This document shows positions 40,369 through 56,411 of a stretch of 64,000 bases of DNA, one piece after another. Position 1 is the stretch's first letter, and each line of letters opens with the position of its first letter. The stretch is taken from the NCBI RefSeq assembly GCF_009914755.1, contig NC_060925.1; one strand, 5' to 3'. Under the pieces are notes generated by a model, which saw only the letters and a program-made list of their open reading frames with translations, was not told the DNA's origin and did not search any database. Made by a program: the position numbers and the translations under genes. Origin of the DNA: the human T2T-CHM13v2.0 reference genome, Homo sapiens.

Positions 40369-41299
40369 GTAGGGTCCTTCACCACAGGCAATTACTGAAT
40401 TTATGGGCTTAGGGGTGTGTGGTCAAATCCATAAGTCAGATTTTAGATAGAACTTCTAATGTCAGGAAGGCAGTTTTCAGGAATGCTAAAAAAAAAAAAA
40501 AAAAAAAAAAAAGAAAGAATACAAAACTCCTTATTGCAGACACTTACTCTGCCCTTGGTTTTTATATTCAGGTATAATTTGACTATCTTACAAGCCAAGA
40601 GAAAACTTTTTTCATAATGCAGAAATGATAGAAATAAAGAAGAAATTCACTTATGAAACAAATATGAGTGCTTACTGTGTGCTGGGAACTGTGTGGAGGA
40701 AGTTAGCCTGATTGCCCCAGGTAGTGTAATAAATGTGGTTCAGCATTTGAACCTACCAGATGCCAAAGCCAGTGTCCTTTGCTGTACATCATACTGTCTT
40801 CCATTCGTGCTCAACTGATGTTTTTCAGGAGTTTATAAACTGAAATATTTAAAACCCTACCAATGTGACATGTTTTTCTTTATTGCTGATTGCTTGCTGA
40901 AGCAAGCAAATTGTTCTATTGTACATAGGCAAAAGACGTATTTTTCTAACTACATTTATAAATATTTATAACAGAATGCCTTCTTGCAAGTTGTTTCCTT
41001 AATGTAATTTACAAATTGCATATTACAATGAGTGAAGCCAGAAATATTTTTCAATCAAACTGTATTTCCTAATGTGAAAATGTTTATCATCTTGATCCAT
41101 TTAAACTATTTGAATAAAAGAATATGCATGTTAAAGAATTTTCAGTTAAAAGCCTTTCTTTGAAAGATTAGTATCATATACATCATCAAGTCCCAATTTC
41201 TGGCTCACAAGTGGAATCTGAGGTAATAATAATAAAAATATATTTTAACATTATAAAAGATTTGAAAAAGCATCTGTAATTTTATCAATCTTATTGAGC

Positions 41300-41660
41300 G
41301 TGTTAGTGTCATTCAAATATATCTGGTTCTGTTTCTGATCACCTAGTAGGATTTAGCTTCCCTGTCCCCTTTGGAGTTGACATGCCAATGTGACTTGCTT
41401 TGGCCAAATAAATGTAAGTAGAAGTGACATATTTCACTTCCATGTACAATCTTTTAGATATAGTACCAACCATATCTTTCCTCTGCCAACATTGAGACAA
41501 TTAAGGAAGGATGTGTAAAGATGGAACCTTCTTCAGCCGGAGTACCAAAATGATTACAATGAGCAGAGTCTGATCGGGTAGCATGAGCTTTTGTTGTGAG
41601 TCACTGATATATAGGTATTGTTTGTTACCATAGCATAACCTAGCTTATCCTGACTGATAT
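41300..41660 (+). mobile_element. Old MLT1-family LTR
   Basis: tgtgacttgctttggccaaataaatgtaagtagaagtgac ... gtttgttaccatagcataacctagcttatcctgactgata. Confidence 0.7.
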
Positions 41661-43879
41661 ACCGACACAACCAATGGTTTCTGTTTCTTCATGTTCCCAT
41701 CCACACTTTGTCCATATAGACATAGAGTTTTTACGTGGACATAATAATAGTATATAATATACTTTTCTTTGTTGTACACTTTTCAAAATATTATATTATA
41801 AACATTTCCCCAGCTTTTTCATGGACAGCATATTTATAATTTTAATAGTTATAAAACAGCCTACCATATTAACATTCAACTACTTATTAATTGTTCATTA
41901 TTTGATCTTTTTATACATATAGCGTTTTTTCTTTTTCAAAAGTACTTTCTTGGGCTAAAGAAAATAAATAAATGTTTTTCTTTCAGTTTTGCAGTAAGGC
42001 ATTTACAGTCAAACTTACCCTTTTCTTGAAATTGGTGCAAGAATTTTAGTACTAATGAAATTAAGAAAAGATATTCATGCTTTTCTCTTTATTTTGTCGT
42101 CCTTTGAAATTATGGTGCTAATTAGTTTAAAAGATAATACCCAGAATATTCTGGAACCACATCCAAAAAGATATCTTTCTGAGATTAAATCAGGTCACAC
42201 TCTAAACCTGACACCCTGATAAAATAAATTACTTGATCATAGAATTTTTTTACTTACTATACAAGTTTGTGCCCCAAAGACAGATGAATTGTTCTTGCTG
42301 AGATTAAATTAGCAGTGTTTCATCCTCATGCTGAAGAAGAGCCGCAGTATTTCTATAGACTCTTTTATTAGTGATAAATATGTTTATACCACATTAATCC
42401 TTATGAAACCCAGGCTGGTTACTCTGCCAAGGGGAAAAAAAAAAACTCTGCTTTCTTCACTTTACAGTGATTATTTTTTGATGAATAATTTTATTTCTTT
42501 TCACACATAGACTATATATCTGAGGTTGTCTTCCACTTTTATGCACCCAGTATTTTATATTTATCTAACACTGTTTTCAAAGGCACTCAAAGGGCTTTTT
42601 AAATATTATTCCATAAAACACTTATAGAATGATGAAGTCAGCACTTTACACAAACATTGGAAACAGCCAAAGCCACCATTTGTGAAATGTTTAACTACTG
42701 CTAAGGTTTCTTCTCTTTTCCTTCTCCTGTTCTTTCCTTTCTCTTTCTCTCCCATCTTATGAATTATTTTCAGTTTTCCCTTAAGTTTCAGTGACACCAC
42801 CACCAACATCCTGACAATAAAGATGAGGACTGGATAGAGAGGTGGGGCACTTTTTTCTCCTAATGCTCACTAATTTACGAGTGCCAATTATAGACTAGAG
42901 ACCTACTGACCCTATCTGATCGGCAGCTGCACAATGATTCCCCAAGCTTGAAATTATCTCCAGCTTCGAGATGAGGAAACTCAGTGTGTAAATGGTGCTC
43001 CTGAGCAATTCTGAGCGAGCCTGCATTGGTCACGTAATCTTTCTAACACCAGATTCTTATGTCTAAAATGAAGCTAGTCATTCCTGTTTTACCATTCTCA
43101 AAGAGTGGCGAGGAGAATCAGATGAATAATGTATGCAAAAGTGCTTTGAAATTGTCTAGGTGAATACAAAGCCACATCAGTCTAATAAAATATAAATGAT
43201 CATATTGTTAAACACCCTATCACTGCAGGAGAAACCAAAATATTTATTTTAAAAGCCTATTTCTCCAAATGAGAAATCTTATATCCTACTGCAGGAGAAG
43301 AGGATGTGGCAGAAAAACCTATTATTTTGATAAATATATCAAAGATATTTTGTGCTGAAAGGCATTTTTCATAAACAAAAACAATTGTTCTTTAGAGGCC
43401 CAGTTCTTAAGTAGTTTTGTGCCACCTGCCCCAGGTACTCCCAGCAGCTCTCAGGCACAGGATTTGCCTGCCAGAAGTCCTGGCTTCAATTCTTGGGTTA
43501 CTTCTCTTGTGACTTTGAGAAAAATTACCCTATTGTTTGAAGTCGGCTTCACAGATAAAGTGACAATACCAACAACGTGCATGCCTAAGGATCAAGTGCA
43601 AAATTGTACATTGAAAACACTACATAAATTTAAAAATAAACCAGCCCTCATAGCATCTATTTCCATAAACTCAAAACAAGATTTTAACAAGAATGCCACT
43701 AGCTGACTCAGGTACATTTCTAAGTGAAAAAGAATTTGATCACCATCATATGTTAGTAACAAGAAAAGTATTCAACCATCATAGCTGATAGGAATGTGGA
43801 GGTCAAGTTTGCCTTCATTTTACAGATGATGACTTTGGGATGGGGAAGAGACTCGGCCTGTGTTGTAGGTGAGACTTGT

Positions 43880-45880
43880 TGCAGAGCCTCACTAGAAAGG
43901 AGTTCAACAGCTCAGGGTTCCTCCACTTTGCCAGCCTCACCCTGAGCCAACTGCCCACATCAGCCCTCCCACTTCTTGCCCCTAACTCACTTTTCAGCCC
44001 ACCCCTCTTCCCCCTGAGCACCCACCAACGAGGCTCTAAAATCACCAGTGAACTTTCAACTGCCAAAGCCAATAGGCACTTTCTGATTTTAGTCTTTCTT
44101 TAGCATCTGCCACATAATTGCTCCTGCCTTCTTTACACTGTCTCTTCCTTGGTCATTGATGTTCCCATAGTTGCCTGATTTCCTCCTACCATTCTTGTCA
44201 TACCTAGTTTACTGATTTTCTGAGTCTTTTTCCTCTGTCCACCATCAAATATTAGTGTTTATATATTCATTTTCACACTTACTTAGACCTTAGTTCATGC
44301 CAGGCACTGCTGTCTTATAAATATACATTCATTTTATATAACACATGACAACCTTAGAAAATAGATTGGGGAAACTGAGGCACAGGAAGGCCGATCAATT
44401 TGGTGTGCTGCTTCCTACCATGTTATGCCATCTCTGAGATTACTAGAGCTCCCCTTGTGGCCCTCCTGGCTCCTGACTCAGCCTGTTCTCATGAGGTATG
44501 GTCTTAGTATGATCTGTATCCCAAATTTGTATGTCTAGACTTGACCCTTCTCTTGAACATCACATTCCAACAGCACATTGGATATGATAATCTGCATTTA
44601 CCACCACAAGCATCACAAATGTAATGGCATCCAAACTGAATTCATCATCTCTCCATCCCCAACTTGCCCATTACTCTGTCTTATTATCTCAGGTGTGTGA
44701 CGTTGGACAAATATCTTAGTGCTCTGGGCCTCAGTTTCTTCATCTGTATAATTACCAGGTTGAACTAAATAATCTCCATGAATGTTTTTACTTTAACATT
44801 CTTTAATGCTCTAAACTTCATGTCCCTGCACTGTCTCCAGGTTTTACTCTCTCTCTCCCTTTTAGACTTCCTTTATTCATTCACCAATTCTAAAAGCAAT
44901 AATTGAGCATATTCTGTAAGCCAAACACAGGGCAGGACACTTGTTGAATAAGATAAGACCCCTGACCTCAGAACTGGAGAGAGGAATGTGAGTGAAGAAA
45001 GGCAGTTCATACACTCCAACAGGGTGGCCATTGTTGTCACATGTGTCCAAACAGAGGCCTGGAGGTTGGAGGGGTCACCACTGAGCCAGCCACCAAATCA
45101 GAGCCTGCCACCCAGCTTGTTGCTTCATTCTCCCTTTCTTCCACAACCAAGCAATCCAGCAGTCCCTGAGCTCTGTATCTCTGCCTCCTAAATGCCAGTG
45201 TTGTCTGCCTCCTCCATCTTTGCACGCCCTTACCTTCACTTGTCACTTACCCCCTTTCATTCTGATCACGTTTACTGCTTGATCTTTTCTCCACTATTTA
45301 TAGGGTGATATTTCTAAAACCCCAACCTGACCATGGCACTGTCTTGTTTGAAAGCCTCCAGTGATGCTTCATGTCAGTAAGAAAAGTCTTCCTTATGACA
45401 AATACCACCTTCGCCAGCAGACCCCTGGGAACCTGTCTTCTCTCAGTACCTTGGCTTTTGTGCTGCACTCTGAGAATGCTTTAAGGACCTGTGGTTCCCT
45501 GCACATGGGTCTACTGCGGCTCACTTCTGTGCCTGTGCATGTGCAGATTCCTCAGTTGTTCTGACTCTTATCCATGTGATAAATTTCTATTGATTCTTAG
45601 AAACCTAGCTCAGATAACATCTCTTTTGAGAATCTTCTCTGTTCCTGCCTCTCTTGAAGTTATACATTTTTATTTCTTGTGACACTTACATTTCTTAAAC
45701 GTATTTATGTTACTGCCTATAACATACTGCATTGTAATTATTGCTTAATGCTTGTCTCCCAGCTAGAGTATTGAGTTTGTTGGGTTTGGACGGTGCCAGG
45801 TTAATATTTGTTCCTTTAGCAATGCCTGGAGAGCAGCCTATACTAGGCTCACAGTAAAGGTTTGTTGACTGGATGACTGA
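43880..45880. mobile_element. Cluster of degenerate L2 and MIR fragments
   Basis: MIR cores at about 44370 (gggaaactgaggcacagga) and 44700-44750; L2-like 3' ends near 44875 and 45860. Confidence 0.55.
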
Positions 45881-47329
45881 GGGAAAAGCCACAAAAGCAA
45901 GGACTGGAGTATGTTAGAACATCCCTACAAGAGTCCAAAATCTGAAGTGACAACAATGCAGGCAGTTTTGGCTACATCATTGGCATAAAAAGAAAGGACA
46001 GCAGAAAGCAGCTCCAGGATTTGGAGTGAGAGGTGATGGTCCACTCCCATATATGCTGAGCCCTTCTGCACCTTCTCTTCTCACATGCATCTGTGTTTGC
46101 CCCAGGAGATGCATCAGATCACACTAGACTCTTTAGAGACACCTACAGAGCAATGTCAGCCACCTTCTCCCAGTGTTTTACTATTTGCCATTTAAGGACA
46201 GCATCAGGAAATGGAAATCTGTTTATGCAGCAAGATAGGTCTGTGAAGGTAGATAATTGACTGACTCAGGCCCTTAAATATATAATTCGAGAAATAAATC
46301 TTCTGCAAATGGAGGGTGTTCCGAAGGCTTTGTATGTTTCAGAAGGGATGGGCAATGTTTAATTTGTTGTCTTCCATTTCTCATGTCCTCCCCTTGCCTC
46401 AAGTTAGCTTCCTGGGAAATTCTCCAAACATCAGTCAGAAGCTGTCCTAAGGTGGCCCTTGGGTGAGCAGGGTAGAGAGTGCTTCAGCCAGCAATCTTTT
46501 TTGCTTGTTCACTCAGGTAGGCATCAAGCCAGAAAGACAGGTTGACCCCAACTGTAATGAGCTAAGCCTTTTGTAGAAGCCTCATCTTCTCTGTATGTTT
46601 TGTAGCAGAGATGGGCTAGCGTTTTGCCACTACTACAAATACTACAGCCACAAAACCAGAACTCTGATACCAGAAAACTGCTAAAATCAATAGCCTTCTT
46701 TATTATAGAGGGTCAGCTTCTGGATTTCCTGTGCATTATGCAGCCATGAGTGAAGCCCAGCCCCATCCTCTTCCAACTTCCCCACCATCTCCCACCGGCA
46801 CCCAACATACACTCAAGGCTCTGGCCTCCATAGGACAACAGTGACCACCTTGTTGAAGTATATGAGCTGCCTTTCTTCACTTACCTTCTCCCCAGTGGAA
46901 ATTCTTATTTTATTCAACCGTATATCCTCAGGGCTCAGACCAGGGATTGGCCCATTGAATATGCTCAATTATTGCTTATAGAATTGATGAATGGATAAAG
47001 AACATTTAAAAGGGAGAGAGATAGAGAGTAAATCCCAGAGACAGTGCAGGGACAAGAGGTTTAGAGAATTAAAGAATACTAAAGTAAGAATGTTTATGGA
47101 GACTACTTAGTTTAACCCATTATTTATACACATAAGAGAACTGAAGCCCAGAGAGATAAAGAGATTTGTCCAAGAATATTCATATGGTCAGCAGTTGTTT
47201 ACATTTGAAGGGAGTAAATGTAAATCATTTAGGTCTTAAGCCAATTCTTTCCCCCTTCCCTCCCTGTAACCACTGTTTCTCAATGAAGGATGAAGGTCCA
47301 TAGAATTAATAATTTCATCTATACCACTA

Positions 47330-49850
47330 ATATTTATTGAGCCTATATCATGTGCCAGGCCCTGTTCTAGGATCTAGGAATAGGGAAATACACAAAACCA
47401 ACAAAAGCCCTTATGTTTCTGGAGCTTACAGATTCTGGCGAAAGAGGTTTATATAAAGTAAAATAGACAATTATATAGTTAGAAGAGATTGTGACATGGG
47501 AAAGAAAAGGGCGTAATAAGAAAGAGGAAGAGCAGGGGGCCAGAAAGGGACTTGGAAAGCGGCATTTGAGAAAGAGCAAAGACTTGAAGGTAGAGAGGGT
47601 GCATTGGCACTATTTAGGGGAAGGATGCCTAGGTCCAGGGAAAAGCAAGGGCAAAAGCCCTGAGTCAGGAGTGTGCCTGGCATGTCTGAGGTGTGGCATG
47701 TTCAGTGTGTGCAAGGGGAAGAAGTGAAGGGTGAGGTCATTGAGAGAGAGAGAGAGAGCAAGAGAGAGCTAGAGAGCCAGTTAAACTGTGAAGCTCCTCG
47801 TGGGCCACTGTAAGCAGCCTGACTTACTCTGTGAGATGAGAAGCCACTGGGAGGCTTTGAGCAGATGAGTGACTTATGAGTTCAGCAGGTAACTCTGACT
47901 GCTATGTTTTGAAGAGATTATAGGTGGAAATAAGACGAGAAGTCTTCTCCCAATGGAAGGTCTTTTCTCGATCGAAGGGTTCCTGGTCTCACGGGCTTCC
48001 AGGAATGAAGCCGTGGGCCGCAGTGGCGAGTGTTACAGCTAGATTAGAGAAACCCGCGGACCCAAAGAGGGTGCGGTGGCAAGATTTATTAGAGCAAAAG
48101 CGAAAGTAAAATGAAAGCAAAAGTAAAGCTTCCACGTGGTGGAAGGGGACCTGGAAGGGCTGCCGTTTTTTTGCTTCTGTCTTATGCTTATGTCCCCTTA
48201 TGACCCCTCGTCTTTTCCTTTTTCTGTCCTACATAACTAGCTTATTTTCAATCCGCTTGTGGGTTGACGGGCCTGATTGGTTAAAAACATCAGGCTGCAG
48301 CTAGAGCTTAAACTCCCTATATGATTGGTTGAGGTTTCAATCCCTTAGCTTGCAGCTGTGACTCATTTTGGCTTAGGGGAAAGTCCCCTTAGGGAAGTTC
48401 CTATTGGCCCAGGAAGTCCAGCCAACTTAGCCACTTAGTCCCTCACAAAGGGTGAAAGCAATAGGCCCAGTAATGAGACTGTTGTGCTAATTCAGGAGAG
48501 AGAAGATGGGGCTTGGGCAGGGTGGTGGCAGTGGGGGTTGAGAAGTGGTCAGATGCCGCATATTTGTGGAACAGCTGGAAAGATTTGCTGATAGACTGGA
48601 TGTGAGATATGAGAGAAACAGGAATTAAGGATAATTCCAAGGCTTTGGCCTGAGCAGCTGTTAGGAATTGAGACTGGAGACAGTTCCTCCCTTGGGAGGG
48701 AAGATCAGGAGCTCCGTTTTGACTGTTAAGTTTGAAATAACACATTTAAAGGTCTAGTATATAAATCCATATACATGGCAGAGAACTGGACGAGAGTTAT
48801 TAGTGTAGATGTCGTCAGCATAGGAAAGATCTTAAAGCCTGGTTTAAGACTGGTTACTATCACCAAGGGGTGAGAAGAAGGCCAAAGGGCTTAGCAGTGG
48901 GGCTCTCCAACATTTAGAGACTGGGAAATGCCGAACCAAGGAGAGTGAGAACAAACAGACAAGGAGGTAAGAGAGTCAGGAAAATGTGGTGTCCTGGAAG
49001 TGCGCAAAGAAAGTACGCCAAGGGGAGCCATTTACCAATGGTGTGAGACAAACATTGCTGATAGGAAAAAAAAAAAAGAGGATGGCTGGGATCTGGGTGT
49101 AGACTTAGCAGTGAGGATGTTCTTGATGCTCTTGACAAGAGTCATTTATGTGGAGAAGGGAGAACAAAAGCCTACTGAATACAATGGTGAGAGAAGGAGA
49201 GAATTAGAGACAACTATGAGCACCAGCAGTTATTTCAAGGAGTTTACCTAAAACAGGAGCAGAGAAATTGGGAGGTGAGTTGATCAGAAAACAATGGAGG
49301 TCAAAAAATGTATTTAGCTTTTTGTTTTTGATGAGAGAAATAAAAGCATGTTTGTCTACTGATGGAAATGATCCAGTAGAAAATAGAAGGTTTTGGATGT
49401 GCCTGTAAGTAAAAATGTGAGAGTGGCAGTCTTTTCATTCAATAAAATCCAATTCAATTCGACTCAATTCAATTCAACTCACTTCAATTCAATTTCAACA
49501 AATATTTATTGAGAATTTACCCTTGGCAAAGCACTATTCTTTATGGATACATTTGTGAACAACATAGGCAGAGAACATTGTCAATGTCTGGCAGGGGAAG
49601 TCAAATAATAAGTAACAAACATAACAGATAAGTACATTATATAGGATGTTAGAAGATAATAAATACTAGGGAGAGGAAAATGTAGAGCAAGCTGCTACTG
49701 AGGATTAGGGTCACCAGGCATGAGTTGCAATTTTAAATAATGTGGTCAGTGTGGGCCTTATTGAGAAGTCAGAGTCAGCTATGTCCACATCATTGAAAGA
49801 GCATTCCAGACAGACGGAATAGCCAGTGCACTTTAAGCCGGAGCAGTACC
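47330..49850 (-). mobile_element. L2 fragments, interrupted by the ERV1 LTR
   Basis: tatttattgagcctatatcatgtgccaggccctgttctagg at the start; (AATTC)n at 49436-49500 marks a second L2 tail. Confidence 0.7.
47931..48445 (-). mobile_element. ERV1 solo LTR (HERV9/W-related class), CpG-rich
   Basis: Minus strand begins tgagggactaagtggctaagttggctggacttcctggg; three CCAAT boxes, AATAAA, and an LTR12-like U5 agctgtaacactcgcc...gagaccaggaaccc. Confidence 0.8.
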
Positions 49851-50429
49851 AAGGAGCACATCAAGATAATTAAAAATATATATGCAGACAACTCTTATTA
49901 GCCTTGGGTTGGCTAGAGAGAGAAATAGCCAAGGAGAATTCCAGTTGGGTTGAGAGAAGAAAATAAGAGACACTGACAAGATCATAATGTGAGACAGGTG
50001 GGAGGAAGGTTGTCCTGTGTGCCAGGAAATGAGGAAGAAGTTCTGAGAGTGCTAACACTTTAAAAAGGAGAGGTTTCAGCTAAACAACCCACACCAGCTC
50101 CTGTCCCAACAATTGTCTTACTGTTTTTCTGGTTGGGACACCTGAGTTTGGCACCTGAACCTACTCCACCCAGACACACCTGTTTGCTTATCCCTCTTCC
50201 TGGCATGAAGGACCTACTCTTTACTTGCCATCCCTGAGGCACCTCGGCAGCACGGAGGTTTCGTGCCCCAATATCCTAAGAACCAACAAAACCTCCAACC
50301 AAGTTTCTCTCCTGAGTGGAATGGAAAGGACAGAAAGTAGAGACAAAAAGAGGCATCCAGATTAGTCAGAACTGCTTTCCTTTACCATTCACTGATGGTC
50401 TCCATAGGTCTCTTGCTGAAAAATTCAAT

Positions 50430-50482
50430 AAAGGGAGTGCTCCTAACACTTTAATATTGGAAATCTTGTTAAAATGCAGATT
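50430..50482. mobile_element. MER5-type MITE, left part (split by the L1 nest)
   Basis: cttgttaaaatgcagatt joins to ctaactcagtaggtctggg at about 63010 as in MER5 consensus. Confidence 0.6.
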
Positions 50483-51290
50483 ATGTGGCTATTACTAAAA
50501 AGTCAAAAAATGACAGATGCTGGTGAGGTTGTAGAGAAAAAGAAACACTTATACACTGTTGGTAGGAGTGTAAATTAGTTCCACCATTGTGGAAGACAGT
50601 GTGGTGATTCCTCTAAGATCTAAAGAAAGAAATGCCATTCAACATGTATACATGTGTAACAAACCTGCATGCTGTGCACATGTATCCTAGAACTTAAAGT
50701 ATAATTAAAAAAAAAAAAGAAAAGAAAGAAATGACATTCAAGCCAGCAATCCCATTACTGGGTATATACCCAAAGGAATATAAATCATACTACCATAAAG
50801 ACACATGCACATGTTTGTTCACTGCAGCAGTATGCACAATAGCAAAGACATGAAATCAACCTAAATGCCCATCAATGAGAGATTAAAGAAAATGTGTTAT
50901 ATATGCATCATGGAATACTATGCTGCCATAAAAAAGAATGAGATCATGTCCTTTGCAGGGACATGGATGGCACTAGAGGCCCTTATCCTTAGCAAACTAA
51001 CACGGGAACAGAAAATCAAATCCTGCATGTTCTCACTTATAAGTGGGAGCTGAACAATGAGAACATATGGGCACATAAGAGGGAACAACAAACACCAGGT
51101 CCTGTTGGAGGGTAGAGGATAGGAGGAGGGAGAGGGTCAGGGAAAATAAGGAATGAAAATAACTAATGAGTACTAGGCTTAATACCTGGGTGATGAAGTA
51201 ATCTGTACAACAAACCCCCATGACACAAGTTTACCTATGTAACAAACCTGCACATGTACCCCTGAACTTAAAGTAAAAGTTAAAAAAAAA
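50483..51290 (+). mobile_element. 5'-truncated L1PB-like 3' end
   Basis: [23 protein letters not shown]; 3'UTR ending gaacttaaagtaaaagttaaaaaaaaa. Confidence 0.9.
50643..50720 (+). mobile_element. Ultra-short L1PA 3' end with 21-bp TSD
   Basis: aaagaaagaaatg[c/a]cattcaa at 50622-50642 and 50721-50741 flanks catgtatacatgtgtaacaaacc...aagtataattaaaaaaaa. Confidence 0.9.
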
Positions 51291-51616
51291 GGATAAATAC
51301 TTGAGGTGATGAATACTCCATTTATGTTTATGTGATTATTATGCATTACATGTCTGTGTCATAAAATCTCATGTAACACATAAATATATATACCTACTAT
51401 GTATCCATAAAAATTTAAAAATTAAAATAAAAAACAACTGTCTTGTTGCAAAAAAATGCAGATTCTGGAATTTATCCATTTCTTCTATGTTATCCAATTT
51501 GTTGGCATACAATTGTTCATAATACTCTCTCATGATCCTTTGTATTTCTGGGGGTATCAGTTGTAATGTTTTCTTTTTCATCTCTAATTGTATTTATTTG
51601 AGTTTTCTCTCTTTTT

Positions 51617-53777
<2,161 letters not shown>

Positions 53778-55782
53778 TAATTTTGTTGATTTTTGTATTT
53801 TTTAAACTCTCTATTTCATTTATTTCTGTCCTGCTTTTATTTCCTTCCTTCCAGTAATTTTGGATTTAGTTTGTTTTGTTTTTCTACTTCCTTGAAGTAC
53901 AACATTAGGTCGTTTATTTGACTTTTCTTTTTTTTGGTGTATGCATTTATTTATATAAACTTCACTCCTAAAACTGCATTTGCTGTATCCCATAGGTTTT
54001 GGAACATCGTGTTTCAATTTTGTCTCAAGAAATTTTTAAATTTTCCTTTTAATTTCTTCATTAACCCATTGGTTATTCAGGACCATGTTGTTCAATTTCC
54101 ACATATTAGTAAAGTTTCTGAAGTTCCTCCTGTTACTGATTTCCAGTTTTATACTATTGTGATCAGAAAATATACTTGATATATCTATATTCTTAAATTT
54201 GTTAACACTTGTTTTGTGGCTGAATGTGTGATTTATCCCAGAGACATTTCATGCGCAGTTGAGAAGAATGTGTATTTTGCAACTATTGGATGTAATGTAC
54301 TATAAATGTTGGTTAGATCCATTTGGGCTAGAGTGCAGTTTAAATCTGATAATTCTTTGTCAATTTTCTGTCTGGATGATCTGTCTATTGCTGAAACTGG
54401 GGTGCTAAAGTCTCCTACTATTACTGTATCACAGTCTGTTCTCTCCCTTTAGATAAAATAATATTTGTTTTGTATATTTGGGTAGTCCAACATTGGGTGT
54501 ATGTACTTATAATTGTTACACATAAATTCTCAGACACATACAACATACCAAAATTGAATTATGAAGAAATAGAAGATCTGTAACAGATCAATAATGAGAA
54601 AGATGAATCAGTAATATAGTCTCCCATCCAAGAAAATCCCAGGACCTGATGCCTTCACTGCTGAATTCTACCAAATATTTAAGGAAGAATAACAATTCTT
54701 CTCATACTATTTCAAAAAATTGAAGAAAAGAAAATACTTCCAAATTCATTATTATATAAGGCCAGCATTATGCTGATACTAAAACCAGACAAGGACACAA
54801 CCAGAAAGAGAAAACTACAGGCCAATATATCTGATGGACATAGATGCAAAAATTTTCAACAAAATAATAGCAGACTCATTTCAGCAGCACAGTAAAAGGC
54901 CATGATCAACTGAGATTTCTCGCAGGAATGCATGAATGGTTTAATATATGCAAATCAATAAATGTGATACATCATATTAACACAAAGAAGGACAAAAGCC
55001 ATATGGTCATTTTAATAGACACAGAGAAAGCATTTGACAAAATTTAACATCCCTGTATGATGAAAACTCTCAATAAATTAGGTATATAAAGTACATACCT
55101 CAACACAATGAAAGCCATATATTACAAATCCATAACTAAAATCATACTAAATGGGGAAAAGTTGAAAGCTTTTCTTCTAATATCTGAAATGAGATAACAA
55201 TGCCTGCAAATTTTCACCCCTTCTATTCAATGTAGTACTGGAAGTCCTAGCCAAACAATTAGGCAAAAATAAATAAATAAATTTTTAAAAAGTATTTACA
55301 TTAGAAAGAAGGAAGTCAAATTGTCCCTGTTTACAGACAATATCATCTTATATAGAAAATCCTAAATATTTCACTATAAAAAAACTGTTAGAACTAAAAA
55401 AAATTCAGGTAAGCTTTAGGATGCAAAATCAATACACAAAAAATCATTAGCAATCACTGCAAACTATCTGAAAAAGAATTCAGAAAAAGGATTGTATTTA
55501 CATGAGCTACAAAAAACACCAAGATTTCTAGCAATAAATTTAACAAGGAGGTAAAAATCTGTATACTGAAAGCTATAAAATAACTGATGAAAGAAATTGA
55601 AGAGGACACAAATACATGGAAAAATGTTCCATGTTCATGAACTGGAAAAATTAATATTTTCAAAACATCCATACTGTCAAAAGTGATCTATAGAACTAAT
55701 GCAATCCTTATTAAAATAACAATGAAGTTTTTAACAGAAATAGAAAAAAGTCCTAAAGTTTGTATGAAACCACAAAAATCCC

Positions 55783-55965
55783 TGTATTAGGCCATTCTTA
55801 CATTGTTATAAAGACCTGAGACCAGGTAATTTGTAAGAAAAGTGGTTTAATCGGCTCATGGTTCTGCAGGCTGTACAGGAAGTATAGCACTGGCATCTGC
55901 TTCTGGGGAGGGCTTGGGAAGCTTAAAATCATGACAGAAGGTGAATGGGGAGCAGGCATCTCACA
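55783..55965 (-). mobile_element. MST LTR fragment, truncated by a deletion
   Basis: tgtattaggccattcttacattg...ggctcatggttctgcaggctgtacaggaag...caggcatctcacat. Confidence 0.8.
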
Positions 55966-56411
55966 TTTCCACATGTGGAAAAATATTTGTGAACTATACA
56001 TCTGACAGTGGGTTAATATCCAGAATATATAAGGAACTCAAATAACTCAGTAATATAAAAACAAAAAATTTTATTAAAAAATGGGCAAAATATTCAAGGA
56101 ACAGACATTTCACCAAACAAGACATACAAATGGCCAACAGGTATATGAAAAAATGTTCAACATCACTAATCATCAGGGAAATGCAAATCAAAACCCCAGT
56201 GAAATATCACCTCACTCTAGTTAGAAAGACTATTTTCAAAAAGCAAAAGATAGCAAGTATTGGTGAGTATGCAGAGAGAAGGGAACCCTTACACACTGTT
56301 GGTGTGAATATAAATTAGTACAGCCATTATGGGAAAAAGTATGGAGTTTCCTTAAAAAATTAAAAGTAGAATGACCATACAATCCAGCAATCCTGTTACT
56401 GGGTATATATC

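Noticed and set aside
40488-40512. Poly(A) run as a retrocopy tail
   Set aside because: No upstream retroposed body or TSD was recognised.
40370-47300. Search for FMO exon 9 (and for exon 2 upstream of 32693)
   Set aside because: By eye I found no GPCxPxQYRLxGPGKW-like or IGAGxSGL-like match; a sensitive alignment could still find remnants.
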